Shown here: positions 26,501-40,750 of the stretch, in pieces | How positions within the stretch are numbered: the first letter of the stretch is position 1 | Layout of the letters: every line of letters starts with the position of its first letter | Notes under the pieces: generated by a model | What the model saw: the letters and a program-made list of their open reading frames with translations, nothing else | The model's database searches: none | Told to the model about the DNA's origin: nothing | Source: the human T2T-CHM13v2.0 reference genome, Homo sapiens | Reading direction: 5' to 3' | DNA length: 64,000 nucleotides | Assembly: GCA_009914755.4 (NCBI GenBank) | Contig: CP068257.2 | Coordinates: 9,536,001 to 9,600,000 of the forward strand | Program-made: the position numbers and the translations under genes

Positions 26501-27642
26501 CTGGTAAGAACTTTTACCCTTTTGCTGGTGTACCAGACTTCTGAGTTGCCCTTTTTCATGCTCAGTTTTGAGCCAAGCAGTTTAAGGTTTGGGGAAATTA
26601 ACTTTTCCCAGTTTAAGGGATGCATACAAAGGGAGTGTCCTGTGGTACAGCGACACAAGGACCCACCCACAAAGAGAGGACAGAGGAGGAAAAAGGAGAA
26701 AGGAGGTGTTTTTTCAGAAGAGTCCTAGTGATTCAGGAGGCAATCAAGAGAAATATGGGCTGCAGATGATTGGTTACTCACCTAAGAAGAGGGGAGCAAG
26801 GCATCCCTAGTTTCTTCTTTTTCCTAGTAAATACCTGAGGTACATGAGGGAGAGGAGAAAAGTGTCCTCTTTCTTTCTTCTGTTCTTATATCCCTGAGTC
26901 CTGGTGATCTTGGCAGGTTACCACCCATGGGTGCCAATGCAGCTTTCACCTATGTTAACAGGGGGCTTACAGGGTGCGAGTTATCCACCATTACCCATGC
27001 GCTGCTTGTCCCACTGTTGTTGATAACCTTTGAGTTCTTTAGATTTCATGCATGCCATGGATACTAGAATGACCTCTATCCACGAGATGGAAGGGAGCCT
27101 AATCGGCAGCAATGAGTCATGCTAACCTAAAGCTTTGGAGCTGGGTCTTCCTTAAACAAGGAAGAGAAAAGGCTATCTTGGGAATGGGGGTCCTGGCCTA
27201 ATAAGAAAACAAAAACAAAAACAAACAAAAAACCTCTCATAAAAGTTAACTCCTTACAAAGTGGAGAAAAGAAAAATAAAATAAAACAGCTTAAGTGCAG
27301 GGTGGGGAAGATGCCCGAGGAGAAACCTTTTATTCTTATACAAATGAGTTCCTCCAATAGGGAGAGAGCATTTTAATTGCTGTCTCCTCCTTTCTGGCTC
27401 AGCCAGGGGAGGAAAGACACTGTGGGTGCGTGGGGAGAGGGAAGAGTGAGCAGGAAATGCTGGCCACCTAGCCAAGTGGGGCCCTTGGGCTATGTGCCTC
27501 AGCCGGGAGGGGAGGGAGGTTGGGAGTTGCCACTCTCCCATTTGTCTCACATGTGTACCTGTGGCCATTGGAGGTTGGGGTAAGGGACATGTCTCTAAAA
27601 ACGGAGGGAGAGCACATTGTTCTGAATTGTATAGAATTTATT

Positions 27643-28026
27643 AAGTTAAAGGAAAGCTCTCAGCAAAGAGAGGAGTCCTGAAAGTAGGTTCCCGGTTGCC
27701 CTCTTCACAGGTGAATACAAAGGCATTTTTATATAAGCTGATGGGGCTGAGTTCCCTATTTGTATAAGGCATGAATTCCTGTAGGCTCCACTGCATCCTT
27801 CCAGAGTGCATGCAGACCCTTAGTCTGAGACATTCCATATTGATTTATTTTTCTTACTGCCCACGTGTTAAGAAACAAAATTTTCCACTGCAGGCATGTT
27901 TAGGCAAGCCCCCGGAGCAAGTACCCTTATCTGCACAAAACATCTGGTATAAACACTTGTGGAGCAGGTAGGAGGTTCTCTGGGGGACCCTTCCCTTACT
28001 GTCTGCCTAAAGCAAGCTGGCTAACT
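27643..28026 (-). mobile_element. Copy B of the ~385-bp LTR-like repeat, uninterrupted
   Basis: Aligns along its whole length with copy A, e.g. aggaaagctctcagcaaagagagg, ccatattgatttatttt, ggcatgtttaggcaagc, agcaagtacccttatc, ggtataaacac, gtaggaggttctc, taaagcaag. Confidence 0.6.
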
Positions 28027-29261
28027 TTTCAGAAAGAGACAGAGAAAATGAAGTAGCTACCAAAGTATTCTAGGTCTACAAGTGATATTATTTTCAACAA
28101 GTATTCAAATGCCATTCTAGTCTAAACTAATTCATTATAAATCAGCTAATATTAAGTAAATATTTCACAAATTAAAAACTAGTTACAAAAGGTAGAGACC
28201 TCAAAGAAAGGCAGAAATGAGGCAAATGGGAAAAAATTATGGTGACTTAAAGCCTATATATTGTGATCTGGAGAATTAGAATTTAATTTGTCTATACAAA
28301 GTAGGTCATGATCCTGATAAGTTTAGCAATTAGAGTATTTATAAAAAGTAAGAGCTAAATAATTTGTTTCAGGGATGCACTTTTATTTCAATTATCTAGA
28401 CCTGAAATTATATTTTTTGAGATCATTCAGGAAGAAGAAATTACATGAGGAGAACTTTCTAATCAGTATGCTTAGTGTAAGTATATCTGATGAGTTCATA
28501 AGTCTGTTTCATTTATTATTCTTCAGAATAGGTCTGTAGCATGACACAAACAATTTCTGATGACTTCAGCTACCTTTTTAAGGAAGGTAGACTTGCTCCA
28601 TCCCCTATCTTCTATTTTGCATCTGAAAGAGGATCATACTCCTGTTTAAGTAAACTTTATTAATGTTTTTCAAAATATTTCTTCTCTTGCCAATATAAAA
28701 TAATGAAATTGTAGTAAAATGAGGATTGTCTTCCTCAAGACGAGTAATTTTTCATGAACAATTTATTTAATTATTTCAATAATTATTCAAAAATGATTTC
28801 AAATTATTTCAACAATTTATCTTATGAACATTTATTTCATTATTTATTCACACCATCAAATAATATTTTACGTTAAGTCCAAATTTTTTGCATTGCTGTT
28901 CATGTCAGGTTTATAATGGAATTCATTCTCTATGACCTCCTTTTTAAGCACTGCTAAATAGATAGTAATCTTTCTTTCTATAACAGTTGAGTTTAAATTG
29001 CTTTTCTTAATTTTCTCTGACAGAGAACATTATTTTTTATTGTTGTAAACTAGCTATAGTCTACATATTTAATTATTTGGAATTTGATTTGTGTATATTT
29101 TTCAGTGGAAGCTAACTTCTTCCTAATGTCTCCATCTACATTTCATATTTATTCATCCATTCACATATTCAACAAAATTTCAGAATCTGTTTTTGGGCTT
29201 TTAATACTCATCTTATTCATTTTACTATTTATGTATTTATTTCTTTATTTATTTAGAAACT

Positions 29262-29345
29262 GGTTCTCACTTAGTTGACCATATTAGAGTGTAGTGATGC
29301 CATCATAGCTCATGGCAGCCTCAAACTCCTGGGCTCAAGTTTGTT
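29262..29345 (-). mobile_element. Truncated old Alu or FLAM-like fragment
   Basis: gaaactggttctcacttagttgaccatattagagtgtagtgatgccatcatagctcatggcagcctcaaactcctgggctcaagt is the antisense of ggctggagtgcagtggcgcgatctcggctcactgcaacctcc...gggttcaagc. It is preceded by a T-rich tail, tatttatttctttatttatttag. Confidence 0.55.
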
Positions 29346-30109
29346 GATTTTATTTTAAATGTCCACACAGTGTTCTCAGTCAGAAACAGATTTCTTAATA
29401 ATGTGTGTTGGCTGCTCCTTTTCCCAGTTCTTATCTTTGGACAGTATAAAGAGATCCAGATCATCCTAGTGAGAGGCTAGACTCTCTGAAAGCAAGAAAT
29501 TAAGAACAATGGTTTTGTTCCTTGTCTTTGTTTTTATACTTATAATAGGATGGAAACGGCTGTTTTTCTGTCCTTCTAAGAGGATATCTTCTTTATTCCA
29601 AACTTTTGGAATGTTGTAAAATCTCTCCTGGAGCCAAATAACCCTGTGTCTCCAAGTTTTTATGACCTATAGCTGTCTCCAAATTCTGGAACATCATATC
29701 TTTTGACGTATGAATACCAAAACCTAGTCTTCCTCTTACCCTAGGACTTAACCTAGGAACCTAGTAATCTAAGGATTTTAAAAATTTAACCCTCTTAGGG
29801 GAGTAAAAGAAGTTTTCCTATTGTTTCAAATCAGAGAAATTAACTGGACAAAGGGCTGCAGATCTAATTCTCTCAGTGTGTGAAGAGTCTCAAGAAGCTA
29901 GTGCTTTGAGAGAATCCATGAGAAACCCAGGGACCTTTAACATCTCCTCATTATTATTTGCATAGCATACTACCAGGGGAGATGGAGAATTAAAATAATA
30001 ATATATTTTTAATAACTTTAAGTTCTCTTAAATCATATGGTTTTTTAAGGATTAAAAAAAATATCCTGGATATCTATGGCTATACTTAGACATATGTAAT
30101 ATACATATA

Positions 30110-33100
30110 TAACACAATAGCTTTTGGGGACAAGTGGTTTTTGGTTACAGAGTGGTAAAGTCTGAGATTTTGGTGCCCATGTCACCCAAGTAGTGTACAT
30201 TGCACCCAATATGTAGTGTTTTATCCCTCACCCACCTCCTACTATACCCCTTAGTTGTCTCCAATGTCCATTATACCACTCTGTATGCATACCCATGGCG
30301 TAGCTACCACTTAAAAGTGAGAATATATGATATTTGGTTTTCCATTCCTGAGTTACTTCACTTAGAATAATGGCCTGCAGCTCCAGTTGGAGTTGCTGCA
30401 AATGACATTATTTCATTCTTTTTAGGGCTGAGTATTATGTCATGGTGTATGTTTACCACATTTCTTTATCCACTCATTGGTTGAGGAGCACTTAGGTTGG
30501 TTCTGTATCTTTGTAATTGTGAATTGTACTGCAATAAACATATACATGCAGGTGTATTTTTGATACAATGACTTTTTTAATTTGAGTAGATAACCAGTAG
30601 TGGGATTGATGGACTGAATGCTAGATCTGCTTTTAGTTATTTCAAAAATCTCCATAATGCTTTACATAAAGGATGTACTAATTTCCATTCCCACCAGCAA
30701 TGTATAAGCATGCCCTTTTCACCACATTCATGTCAAAATCTGTTTTTTTTCTTTTGACTTTTTAATAATACCTATTATGCTGGGAAAAGATGGTATCTCA
30801 CTGTGGTTTTAATTTGCATTTCTTTGATGATTGGTGATGTTAATAATTTTTTATATGTTTGTTGGTCATTTGTATATCTTCTTTTGAGAAATGTCTATTC
30901 ATGTCATTTTTTTTCACTTTCTGATGGGATTATTTTTTCTTGCTGATTTGTTTTCCTTGTTAATTCTAGATATTAATTATTTGCTAGATGCATACTTTGT
31001 AAATATTTTCTTCTATTCTCTGAGTTATCTGTTTACTGTGATGATTATTTCTTTTGCTGTGAAGGTTTTTAGTTTAATTATGTCCTTTTTATTTATTTTT
31101 GTTTTTGTTGCATTTACTTTTGGAGTCTTAGTCATAAAGTTTTGGCTTAGGTAAATGTCCAGATGTGTTTTTCTTAGTTTTTTTTCTAGAATTTTTATGG
31201 TTTTGGGTTTTATATTTAAGTCTGATCCATCTTCTAATTTTTGTGGATGGTGAGAAAGAGTGATCCAGTTTCATTCTTCTACATGTGGCTATCCTGTTTT
31301 CCCTGCATCATTTATTGAATAGGGTGTCCTTTCCTATTTATGTTTTTGAATGCTTTGTGGAAGTTCAGTTGGTTGTATACATTTGGCTTTATTTCTGGTT
31401 TCTCTATTCCTTTCCTTTGGTTTATTTATCTACCTTTATACCAGTACCATGCATGCTGTTTTGATTACTAAAACCTTGTATTATAACTTGAAGTCTCTTA
31501 ACACTATGCCTCCAGATTTGTTCTTTTTGCTTAGAGTTGCTTTTGTAATTCAAGCTCATTTCTGGTTTCATAAGAATTTAGAATTGCTTTCTCTAATTCT
31601 ATGAAAAACGATGTCAGTATTTTGATAGGAATTGCATTGGATCTGTAGATTGCTTTTAGCAGTAAGGTCATTTTCACAAATATGATTCTTCCTATCCATG
31701 AGCATGGGATGTATTTCCATTTGTTTATATCATCTCTAATTTATTTCAGCAGTTTTTGTAGCTCTCCTTATGGAGATCTTTCACTTATTTGGTTAAGTGT
31801 ATTTCAATTTTTTTTCTGCTGCTATTGTAAAAGAAATTGAGTTCTTGATTTGATTCTCAGCTTGATCATTGTTGGTGCTATGCAGTAGTACTAATTTGTG
31901 TACATTCATTTTGTAACCTAAGATTTTATGAATTCATTCATCAAATAGAAGAGTCTTTTGGTGGAATTCTTAGGCTTATCTAAGTATATGCTTAAATCAT
32001 CAGCAAACAGAGATAATTTGACTTCCTCTTTTCCAGTTCAGATGCCCTTTATTTCTTCCTCTTGCTTGATTGCTCTGGGTAGGACTTCCAGTACTATGTT
32101 AAGTAGAAGTGGTGAAAATGGGCATCCTTAACTTGTTCTAGCCCTCAGTGGGAATACTTTCAACTTTTCCCCATTCAATATGATGTTGGCCATGGGTTTG
32201 TCATATATAGCTTTTATTATTTTGAGATATGTTTATTCTATGTCTAGTTTGTTTAGGGTTTTTATCATAAAGCAATGCTGGATTTTACTGAATGTTTTTA
32301 TGCATCTATTGAGATGATCATATGTATTTGGTTTTTAATTCTGTTTATGAAATACATCACATTTATTACCTTGTGTATGTTGAGTCATCCTTGCATCCCT
32401 GGGATGAGACTCACTTGATTATAGTGAATTGTCTTTTTGATATGCTTTTGGATTTGATTTGCCAGTATCTGTTAAGAATTTTTGCATATGTCTTTATCAG
32501 AGATGTTCATTTGTAGTTTTCTTTTTTTATGATATGCCTTTTTCTGGTTTTGGTATCAGGGTGATACTGGCTTCATAGAATGAGTTAAGGAGGATTCCCT
32601 TTTTCTCAGTCTTTTAGAGTAGTTTCAGTAGGCTTGGTACCAATTCTTCTTTGAATGTCTGGTAGAATTTGGCTGTGATCTGTCTGGGTTTTTTAGTCAG
32701 CATTTTTTTTTCTTACTTATACAATCTCACTGCTTGTTATTGGTCTGTAAGGATACCTATTTCTTCCTGGTTTAAGCTAGTAGGGTTGTATGTTTCCCGG
32801 AATCTATCTATTTTCTTTACTTTTATTTTTATGTGCATAGAGGTTACATAGTAGTCTCAAATGATCTTTTATATTTCTGTGATATTGGTTAAAATGTTTC
32901 CATTTTCATTTCTAATTGAGCTAATTTAAACTTCTATCTTCTTAATTGTTCTAATGTTCTAACTAATTGTTAGAACAGTTGTTAATTGTTCTAACAATCT
33001 TAATTGTTCTAACTAATGATCTATTTTATTTCTATTTTCAAATAACCAAATTTTGTTTCATTAAACTTTTGTATTTTTATTTCAATTTCATTTAGTTCTG

Positions 33101-36100
33101 CTTTAATCTTTCTTTTCTTCTCCTGGCTTTAAGTATGATTTGTTGTTTCTATAGTTTCTTGAGGTATGACATTATGTTGTGAATTTGTAATTTTTCAGAC
33201 TTTTTTATGTAGGTGTTCAGTGCTAGAAACTTTCCTTTTAGCATTGTTTTTGCTATGTCCCAGAGGTTTTGATAACTTGTGTCACTATAATCATCCATTT
33301 AAAGAATTTTTTAATTTATTTCTTCATTTCATTGTTAACCCAATAATCATTAAGAAGCAGATTGTTCAATTTCCAGGTAATTATATAGTTTTAAGGGTTC
33401 CTTTTGGAGCTCATTTCTAGTTTTATTTCACTGTGACCTGAGAAGATACTTTATATAATTTTGACTTTTTAAAATTTATTGAGATTTGTTTTTGTGGCCT
33501 ATCCTATGGTCTGTCTTGGAGGCTGTTCTATGTGTTGATGAGAAGAATGTGAATTCTGCAGTTTTTGGGTACAATGTTCTGTAAACATCTGTTAGGTCCA
33601 TTTCTTCTGGACTGCAACTTAAGTCCAGTGCTTTTTGTTGTTGTTGACTTCCTGCTTCAGTGATCTGTCTAGTGCTGTCAGTGGAGTGTTAGAGTTCCTC
33701 ACTATTATTGTGTTGCTGTCTATTCCTTTTCTTAGGTCTAGTAGTAATTGTTTTATAAATGTAGGAGCTCCAGTGTCATGTGCATACTTATGTAGAATTA
33801 TTATATTTTGTTGAATTAATTATTTAATTATTATGTAATGACTTTCTTTGTTTTTTTTTTACTATTGTTGCTTTAAAGTCTACTTTATCTGATATAACTA
33901 CACCTGCTTGCTTTTGGTTTCCATTTGCATTGAATATCTTTCTCCACCCCCTTACCTTGAATCTATGAGAATCTTTGTATGTTAGGTGAGTTTCTTGAAG
34001 ACAGCAGATATTTGATTTGTGATTTTTTTTAAATCAACTCTGCCATTCTGTATCTTTTAAGTGGAGTATATAGACCATTTACAGCCAATGTCAATTATGA
34101 GACATGAAGTGGAGTTCCAGTCAGTATGTTGTTACCTAGAAATTTTAGGTTTTTTTTTTTTTCACTTTGTTATTGCTTTATAGGCTCTATAAGTTTTATA
34201 CTTTCAAGACGTCTATTCTGATGCAGCTCAACCTTTTGTTTCAAGATTTAGCATTTATTGTAGGACTGGTCTGATAGGGACAGATTCCCTCAGCATTTGC
34301 TTGTCTGTGGAAGACATTATTTCTCTTTCATTTATGAGACTCAGTTTTGCTGGATACAAAATTTTTGACTAATAGTTATTTTGTCTAAGGATATTAAAGA
34401 TAAGCCTAAAGATAGAGTGAACTTCTGGGCTGTAAGATTTCTGCTGAGAAGTCTGCTGTTAGTCTAATAGGTTTTCCTTTATAGGTTACTTGATACTTTT
34501 GTCTCACTGTTCTTAGAATTCATTTCTTCATGTTGACTTTAGATAGCCTGATTACTATATGGCTTTGTAATGTCAGTTTTGCAGTGAACCTCCCCAGAGC
34601 TCATGGAGTTTCTTGTATTTGGACATCTAAATATCTAGCAAGGCTAGCAAAGTTTTCTTCAATTATGTCCTCAAATAAGTATTCTAAAGGTTTTGCTGTT
34701 TCTTCTCCCTCAAGAACAGCAATTGCTATATTTGGCCATTTTACATAATCAGCTATTTCTAAGAGACTTTGCTTATTTCTTTGAATTCTTTTTCTGGCAT
34801 TTCAAAGATTTCATCTTGGTTGGGATCCATTGCTGGGGACTTAGTGTGTTCTTTTTGAGGTGTTATAGAACCCTATTTTGTCCTATTGCCAGAATTATTT
34901 TTCTGGTTTCTTCTCATTTGGGTAGAGTATATCTTCTAATTACTTTTGAGACTATGTCTTCTAATTATTTTTGAATTTATTTTTTGACTTGACTGTGATT
35001 TTTCACTTTTTTTTTCACTTTGAGGATTTGACTTTAATGTTTATAGTTTATTGTAACCTAATTCAGCTCTGCGTGCTTTCAGGGGTGAAGACTGTATAAG
35101 TTCCCTGGTTATTTAAAATCTTTGTATGGTGGCTTTCTCAGATGCTAGTTGTGGTAACATTATGCTCAGTGTGTGTGTGTGGAGGTTCACTGTTTCCTGT
35201 GGGGTAGCAATGGCAGAGGTCTCATGAAGCTTATCTAGTTCCCAAGTTGTGTGCACTTTTTTGCCTTTTTTTTTCTCCCAGTGTTTTCTTTACCTGGTTG
35301 AATAATTCAGATTTCAGGCCAGTAGGGGTGGTGTCCCTGAGTGAAAACCAGCAGATTGGTAAATGCAATACCCAATGGTGGGAAGAAGTCCAAGCCTTGA
35401 CCGAGGCATCTCTGGGAGCTCTTAGTGAAATGCACCGAGGTCTTTTCACGGGGAAGGGAGGGAGCCACTTCAGCTCCCTTGCCAGGCCCCCAGGAAAGCA
35501 GGTCACACTCCTAAATACAGTTCTAGCTATTCAGATTAGCAGGCCCTTTTTATTTGCAGGAATTCTGACGTTCCAAGTAGAGAGAGATTGTGATTCTATG
35601 CCTTATGCAAATCTGAATCTGGAGGGGACTCCTCCTCTGGGGATGCAGTTAACTTGAGGTGTTCCAGAAAGGCTATCTACAGGTCCACTCATGCTAAATT
35701 CCCATAAGAGAAGTACCAGCTGTGTCTGCAGCAGTGAATGAGGGGGGAAAGTCTTTTTCTTCAAGACCGTTCTGCAGATTTTCCCAAGTACAGCACTGTA
35801 CCTGTGCCTCTACTGAAAGAAACTTTCCACAGGTCGGATGTTCTGGACTCAAGGCCTGCCATCTAGATTCTTTTTTCCATGGGGTGTGCCACTGATGTGC
35901 ACTCCCCCTTATCCTAAGAGTAGGAGTCCCTGAGGGCCAGACTAGTATGAATGCTGCTACTTCTCTGGCTCTAGCCACCTAGTGGGACTGCCACACTCCA
36001 GGTTGGTGCTGGGGAATGTCTACAAGGGGTCCAGTAATGTGACCTGTTCTCAAGGCTCCGTAGTGAGTAGCAACAACAGCTCTCATGGGGGTGACAGGAG

Positions 36101-37440
36101 AATGACACAGACTCTGTGAGATTTCTTGATTATAAGTAGTCTTGGTGCATTGGTTTTTCTGTAATGCCACCTGTAGTAGTAATGAACTGGTCACATGGAC
36201 AGACTCAGGACCTCCTAGTTAGCCAAGGTTATATAGGCAAAGGTGATAGCTTAGGTCACACACAAGTTTTCTCTTTCCTGTGCACTGTTAGTGTGCCTGC
36301 AGATGCTGTAATGGATTGTGTCAGTAGGCTTCCAGCCACAAGGTGGCACTTGAAAAAGAGCACCAGCTGGTAGCAGTGGGATTTGTGCTTGCCTTATGTT
36401 ACCCAGGGGAGGTAATCTGATGACTCAGGCAATGGGCAGGGCCATTGAGCTCTCAAAATTTTCTATTCTTTGTGTTAAGCTACCAGGGCAGATGGAGGGG
36501 CAAAGCCAGCTGGGGGCTGAATCAGGCAAGTTCACATTCTGGCTCTCTTTTGTCTGCCATGTGTGGGCAAAAGCAGTGTCCCAAGTGGGGATCAGATAGT
36601 GGTCCTCTGGCTGTAGGAGTAATGTTGCAGGGAGTACCACAGCTGCCTCTGCTGCAGAGAAGCATCTGTATGAGGAATAGGGAGCAGCAGGCAGCAGTTA
36701 GCCCCACTCAGCTCCCATACACTTGGCAAAGCAAGTCTTGCACCTGCAGCCTCCCACTCACAGCAGCTTGGTTCCAAGCAGTCAACACTCAGAACTCAAC
36801 ACTGCCCAAGTCCATAAGACTTCCCAGAAGAGACTGCAACCATGGCTTCCAGGTCACACCTCTCCTAGTCGGCCCATGAAGCAGGGGCACCCAGCTCTTG
36901 CACCTATGGCTGCAGCACATTTCCCATCTGCCCCATGGTTCTGACCAAGGGGGTTTGTCTCCACTCGAGATTATATCACGAATCTCAGTTGAGAGCTTCT
37001 CTCAACCTGTGACCACTGCCTGAGTTACCTGGCTGACTTCTGTGAGGTCCCCTGTGAGGTAGGATCAGGGATGGCTTTCCTCTGTCCTGCTGGGCATGCA
37101 CACTAAGCCCGTCCCCATGCTGCTACTTCTCATATATGCCCCACTGCTCACTAAATCAGCTCCAGTGCTGGGTGGGATTAAGGCCTTTCCCTGTGGCCTG
37201 GATTGCTTGGTTCCCCAGTAGGAGTATATGTCCTAGAGGCAGTTTACCCCTATCTGACATTCTAGGGACTTATAGTTTTCCTCCTGGCTCATGATGTGGA
37301 CAGCAACCTGACACTTCTTTCAAAAGGTCTGTGCTTTCTTTCAGTTTTTTCCTGTTAATTTTCTGTGTTGCTTCTTGGAAAAAATTTACAATGTGAATCT
37401 CCACACACAATTCTGTCTTTCCAAATAGGAGAGGCATGCT
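30110..37440 (-). mobile_element. Essentially full-length L1 (older L1P/L1M-type) in antisense orientation: 3' UTR ~30.1-30.45 kb, ORF2 ~30.45-34.4 kb, ORF1 ~34.4-35.1 kb, GC-rich 5' UTR ~35.2-37.4 kb. Both ORFs are destroyed.
   Basis: The whole block is the antisense of L1. Examples: gtatgtttaccacatttctttatccactcattggttgagg...tgcaataaacatatacatgcaggtgtatttttgatac (end of ORF2); gcatttctttgatgattggtgatgttaata..tcttttgagaaatgtctattcatgtc; gtcattttcacaaatatgattcttcctatccatgagcatgggatgtatttccatttg; ggtgatactggcttcatagaatgagttaaggaggattccc; an ORF1-antisense segment ...ctagcaaggctagcaaagttttcttcaattatgtcctc...; and a CpG-containing GC-rich 5' UTR. No minus-strand ORF of 100 aa or more is present. 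Confidence 0.8.
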
Positions 37441-40439
37441 AACAATGACTCTAATCTGCCATTTTGAGAAAAAAAAATACTGGAGGTCTTTATTATTTTT
37501 TTAATACTATAGCCCATTCTGAGTTTTCATTACAACCTCCACTCTAGTATTGTAACTACTTTTCACAAACCCTTATCTTTGGTAGCTGGATTTAATTCAT
37601 TAATTTTAAAATTTTGATAAAAATTATGACTTAATTATATTATTATGTATTTTCATTTGATTATCTAGGTTTATGAAACTGACTAAACTAGTAATTATTT
37701 GATAATATGATTATATTCTGCCAATTCACTCTACATGTTCCTTGGATATGTTAATAAACAATAGAAACAAGTCCAACTAAAATACATCACTTATTCTGAC
37801 TCTTGTTTTGAAAAATAAAACCTGACAAATCAAATAAAAGTAAATGAATTATTATTCAGACATCCACTTATGGTTTGGGTATATATTTTGACAGTCCATG
37901 AGAAAAATTCCTCCAAGGGTCTTCACTTCCAGACATAAAATCACTTTGTTGTTTTTCTAAAAGCTATTTTTAAAAAAATCAGCATCTTTTTAAATTCTCC
38001 CATCTATAAGTTGGCAAAAATATCTGTTGAGGTTTGTAAGCAACTTTAACATTTTAAATAATAAATGTAATATTTAGGGACAATTTAATTTAGTGACTCA
38101 AGGCATCTAATATTTGGTATCAGTATATGAATATTAACAAACATTTAGCCCTTTTATTTATAGTATTTTTTATAGTAAAACAATTTCTACTTTCTATTAT
38201 GCTTCTTGTTCTGTGATAGTTTACTATTTCTGAAACTTTATTTTTTACAAAATTTCAAGTTGAGTCTAAAAAAATTATATTTTGTTGTTTTGAAAAATAC
38301 ATAGCCTAAAACTTTACATGCTAACAGTTGAGTTTTATCAGTGTTATTTTTACTAAACCTAATCACTATAAAATAGCTATATCTTGTGTATGTTAAAAAT
38401 GTGAAATAAGATGAGAATGTATTTGCTATACAATTAATTAAATTATATGAATTAGTAGCAACTATTAAGATGCTTTGAATATTCCCTTAGGTGGACGAGA
38501 ACATGTGAGCAAGTACTAGCACAGTGGTAGATGCTTTGTAAATTGCTCTTACTTTCCTAATGATTGACAGGCTAATAGCTAAATAACTAAGATATTATAA
38601 GCACTTTCTTAGAATTTAGAGATCCACTTAAAAGACAGGTTTTCATTAGGAATTTCTGTACTTTATTTCACATTTCCATAAAAAAAATCCTCATTGCAAG
38701 AACCACTGCACCTATTATATGAAAAAACTTAAGAGAAAACAATCAGGTGACCATTACCTCTAAAACATCTGATTTGATTTAGTTATCCTATAGGAATCAA
38801 GTATCAGGCTTTACAAGATCCTCTTTTTTCAATGTTGTTTTACTGACTAAAACAATGTTTAACATGACTAATTCACGTTTCTTTTTGTGATTTATTTTTA
38901 CTTGATCTAATTTCTAAAGTGATCTTTATGAGGTGTCTTGCCTAAAAATTTGCCTATACTTATAAATGCATTTTCACTTACTACAACCTCATTTTTTACT
39001 GTACTATAGATGTACAGTTAGTTGAATGCATACATAATAATTTTGAGAATATATGAGGTTTTACATAAGAAGAATCATATTGAAGTGGTTATCTAGCATA
39101 TCTAAAGAGGAAACAACAGAGAAGCAAGCTGGAAACAATATGTAGACATCAGTAATTATTTTAATTTCACAAGACAAACATTTATCAATCCTGTATTCAA
39201 AACCTACATATATGCTACTTAGGATGCAGAAATAGCTATGTATATTCATTGCCACCAAGTCATTTATGATCCAATTGAAGGGCAAATACAAACACAATGA
39301 AGTTTCTTTGTGTAGCAATTACACAAATAAAACTTTATAAGCTTGCCAAGAAAAGCAAGAACGAAGAAAGGAAAGAAGGAAGAAAAACAAATAGCAAAAC
39401 AGAGCAATATTTAAATGTGGTTATGATTCAGCCAACCATTACATTTAATGATAATGTGCCTGTTTGGGAAAGAAAATAGAAGAATTAACTGAATGCCAAG
39501 GGGAGGGGGAAGGAACACAAGAAAAAATCAAAACAAAATAAAACTGTGAAAGATAATTAATGGGAATAGAAAAATTATGTACAAAAATCATTTTATTTGG
39601 AGAGTAATTTAGGAGATCTTTAGGAATATATTGGCTATATTCAAGTTCCTATACTTAAGTGCTACACAATAATAATTAAAGGTACCAGATTTAGTAAAGG
39701 GATTTTGCACCATGAATTTTTTTTCCTGTAAAGATACAAATATATCTCCTTAGTAGAACAGATAACCTCACAGATTTATGACACTGTTATATATCAATCT
39801 ATATTTATTTATTTAACCAAGCAATCTTAATGTTATTTTGCTAAATTGCTTCTAAATGTCCCAGTTTCTCAGATTCCCTTTGTGTCATTTAAAACATCTA
39901 TTTGTTATTTATTAATTCAAGTTAATATCTTTAAAACCTATTCATTTTATATTTGTCTGAGAGCTATGATTTTAAGCTTCTAAAAATTATATTTTAATAG
40001 AAATCAGGGACTAGTTACCTTTAATCTGGGGGAGATACTACGTATTTTAAAGCCTGAAGTCAATGTCTAGACAAAAGTTTCTGCTTAACATCAAAGGGTA
40101 TGCAACATTTGCTGTGGCTCTCAAATATTAAGAAAGGAAAACATAACTGGGAATTTGTCACTAGCACTTTATTCTTTACTCAGGATTGAAGTAGAATTTT
40201 ATAACACCAATATTTTTTAGAAACTTTAAACATTAGAAATAAAATAAAAACTAGCCCAATTCCAATATTCCCCATGGATTTCCTAGCAGAAGAAATGTGA
40301 AACTGTTATGGAGAAATAATCCAATACTGCAAACACAAGGATTTGCCACTACAGAAACTAACAAGTTAAATTGAAAACTATATTAAAAATAAATTCACAA
40401 ACAAAAATTACAAAATACACAATGAAAAATAATATACAT

Positions 40440-40750
<311 letters not shown>

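Noticed and set aside
30006-30027. tttttaataactttaagttc as the true 3' terminus of the antisense L1
   Set aside because: The canonical 3'-end motif (ttttggggacaagtgg... matching ttttaggggtacatgtgc...) reappears ~95 bp further right at 30120. Either a small insertion separates them or the first motif is coincidental, so the boundary is left approximate.
35247-36944. A cluster of 61-144 aa ORFs on both strands (e.g. 35247-35657, 36445-36879)
   Set aside because: They lie in the GC-rich 5' UTR of the antisense L1. GC-rich sequence is stop-codon-poor by chance, and the peptides are low-complexity (P/S/A/G/L-rich) with no conserved domain.
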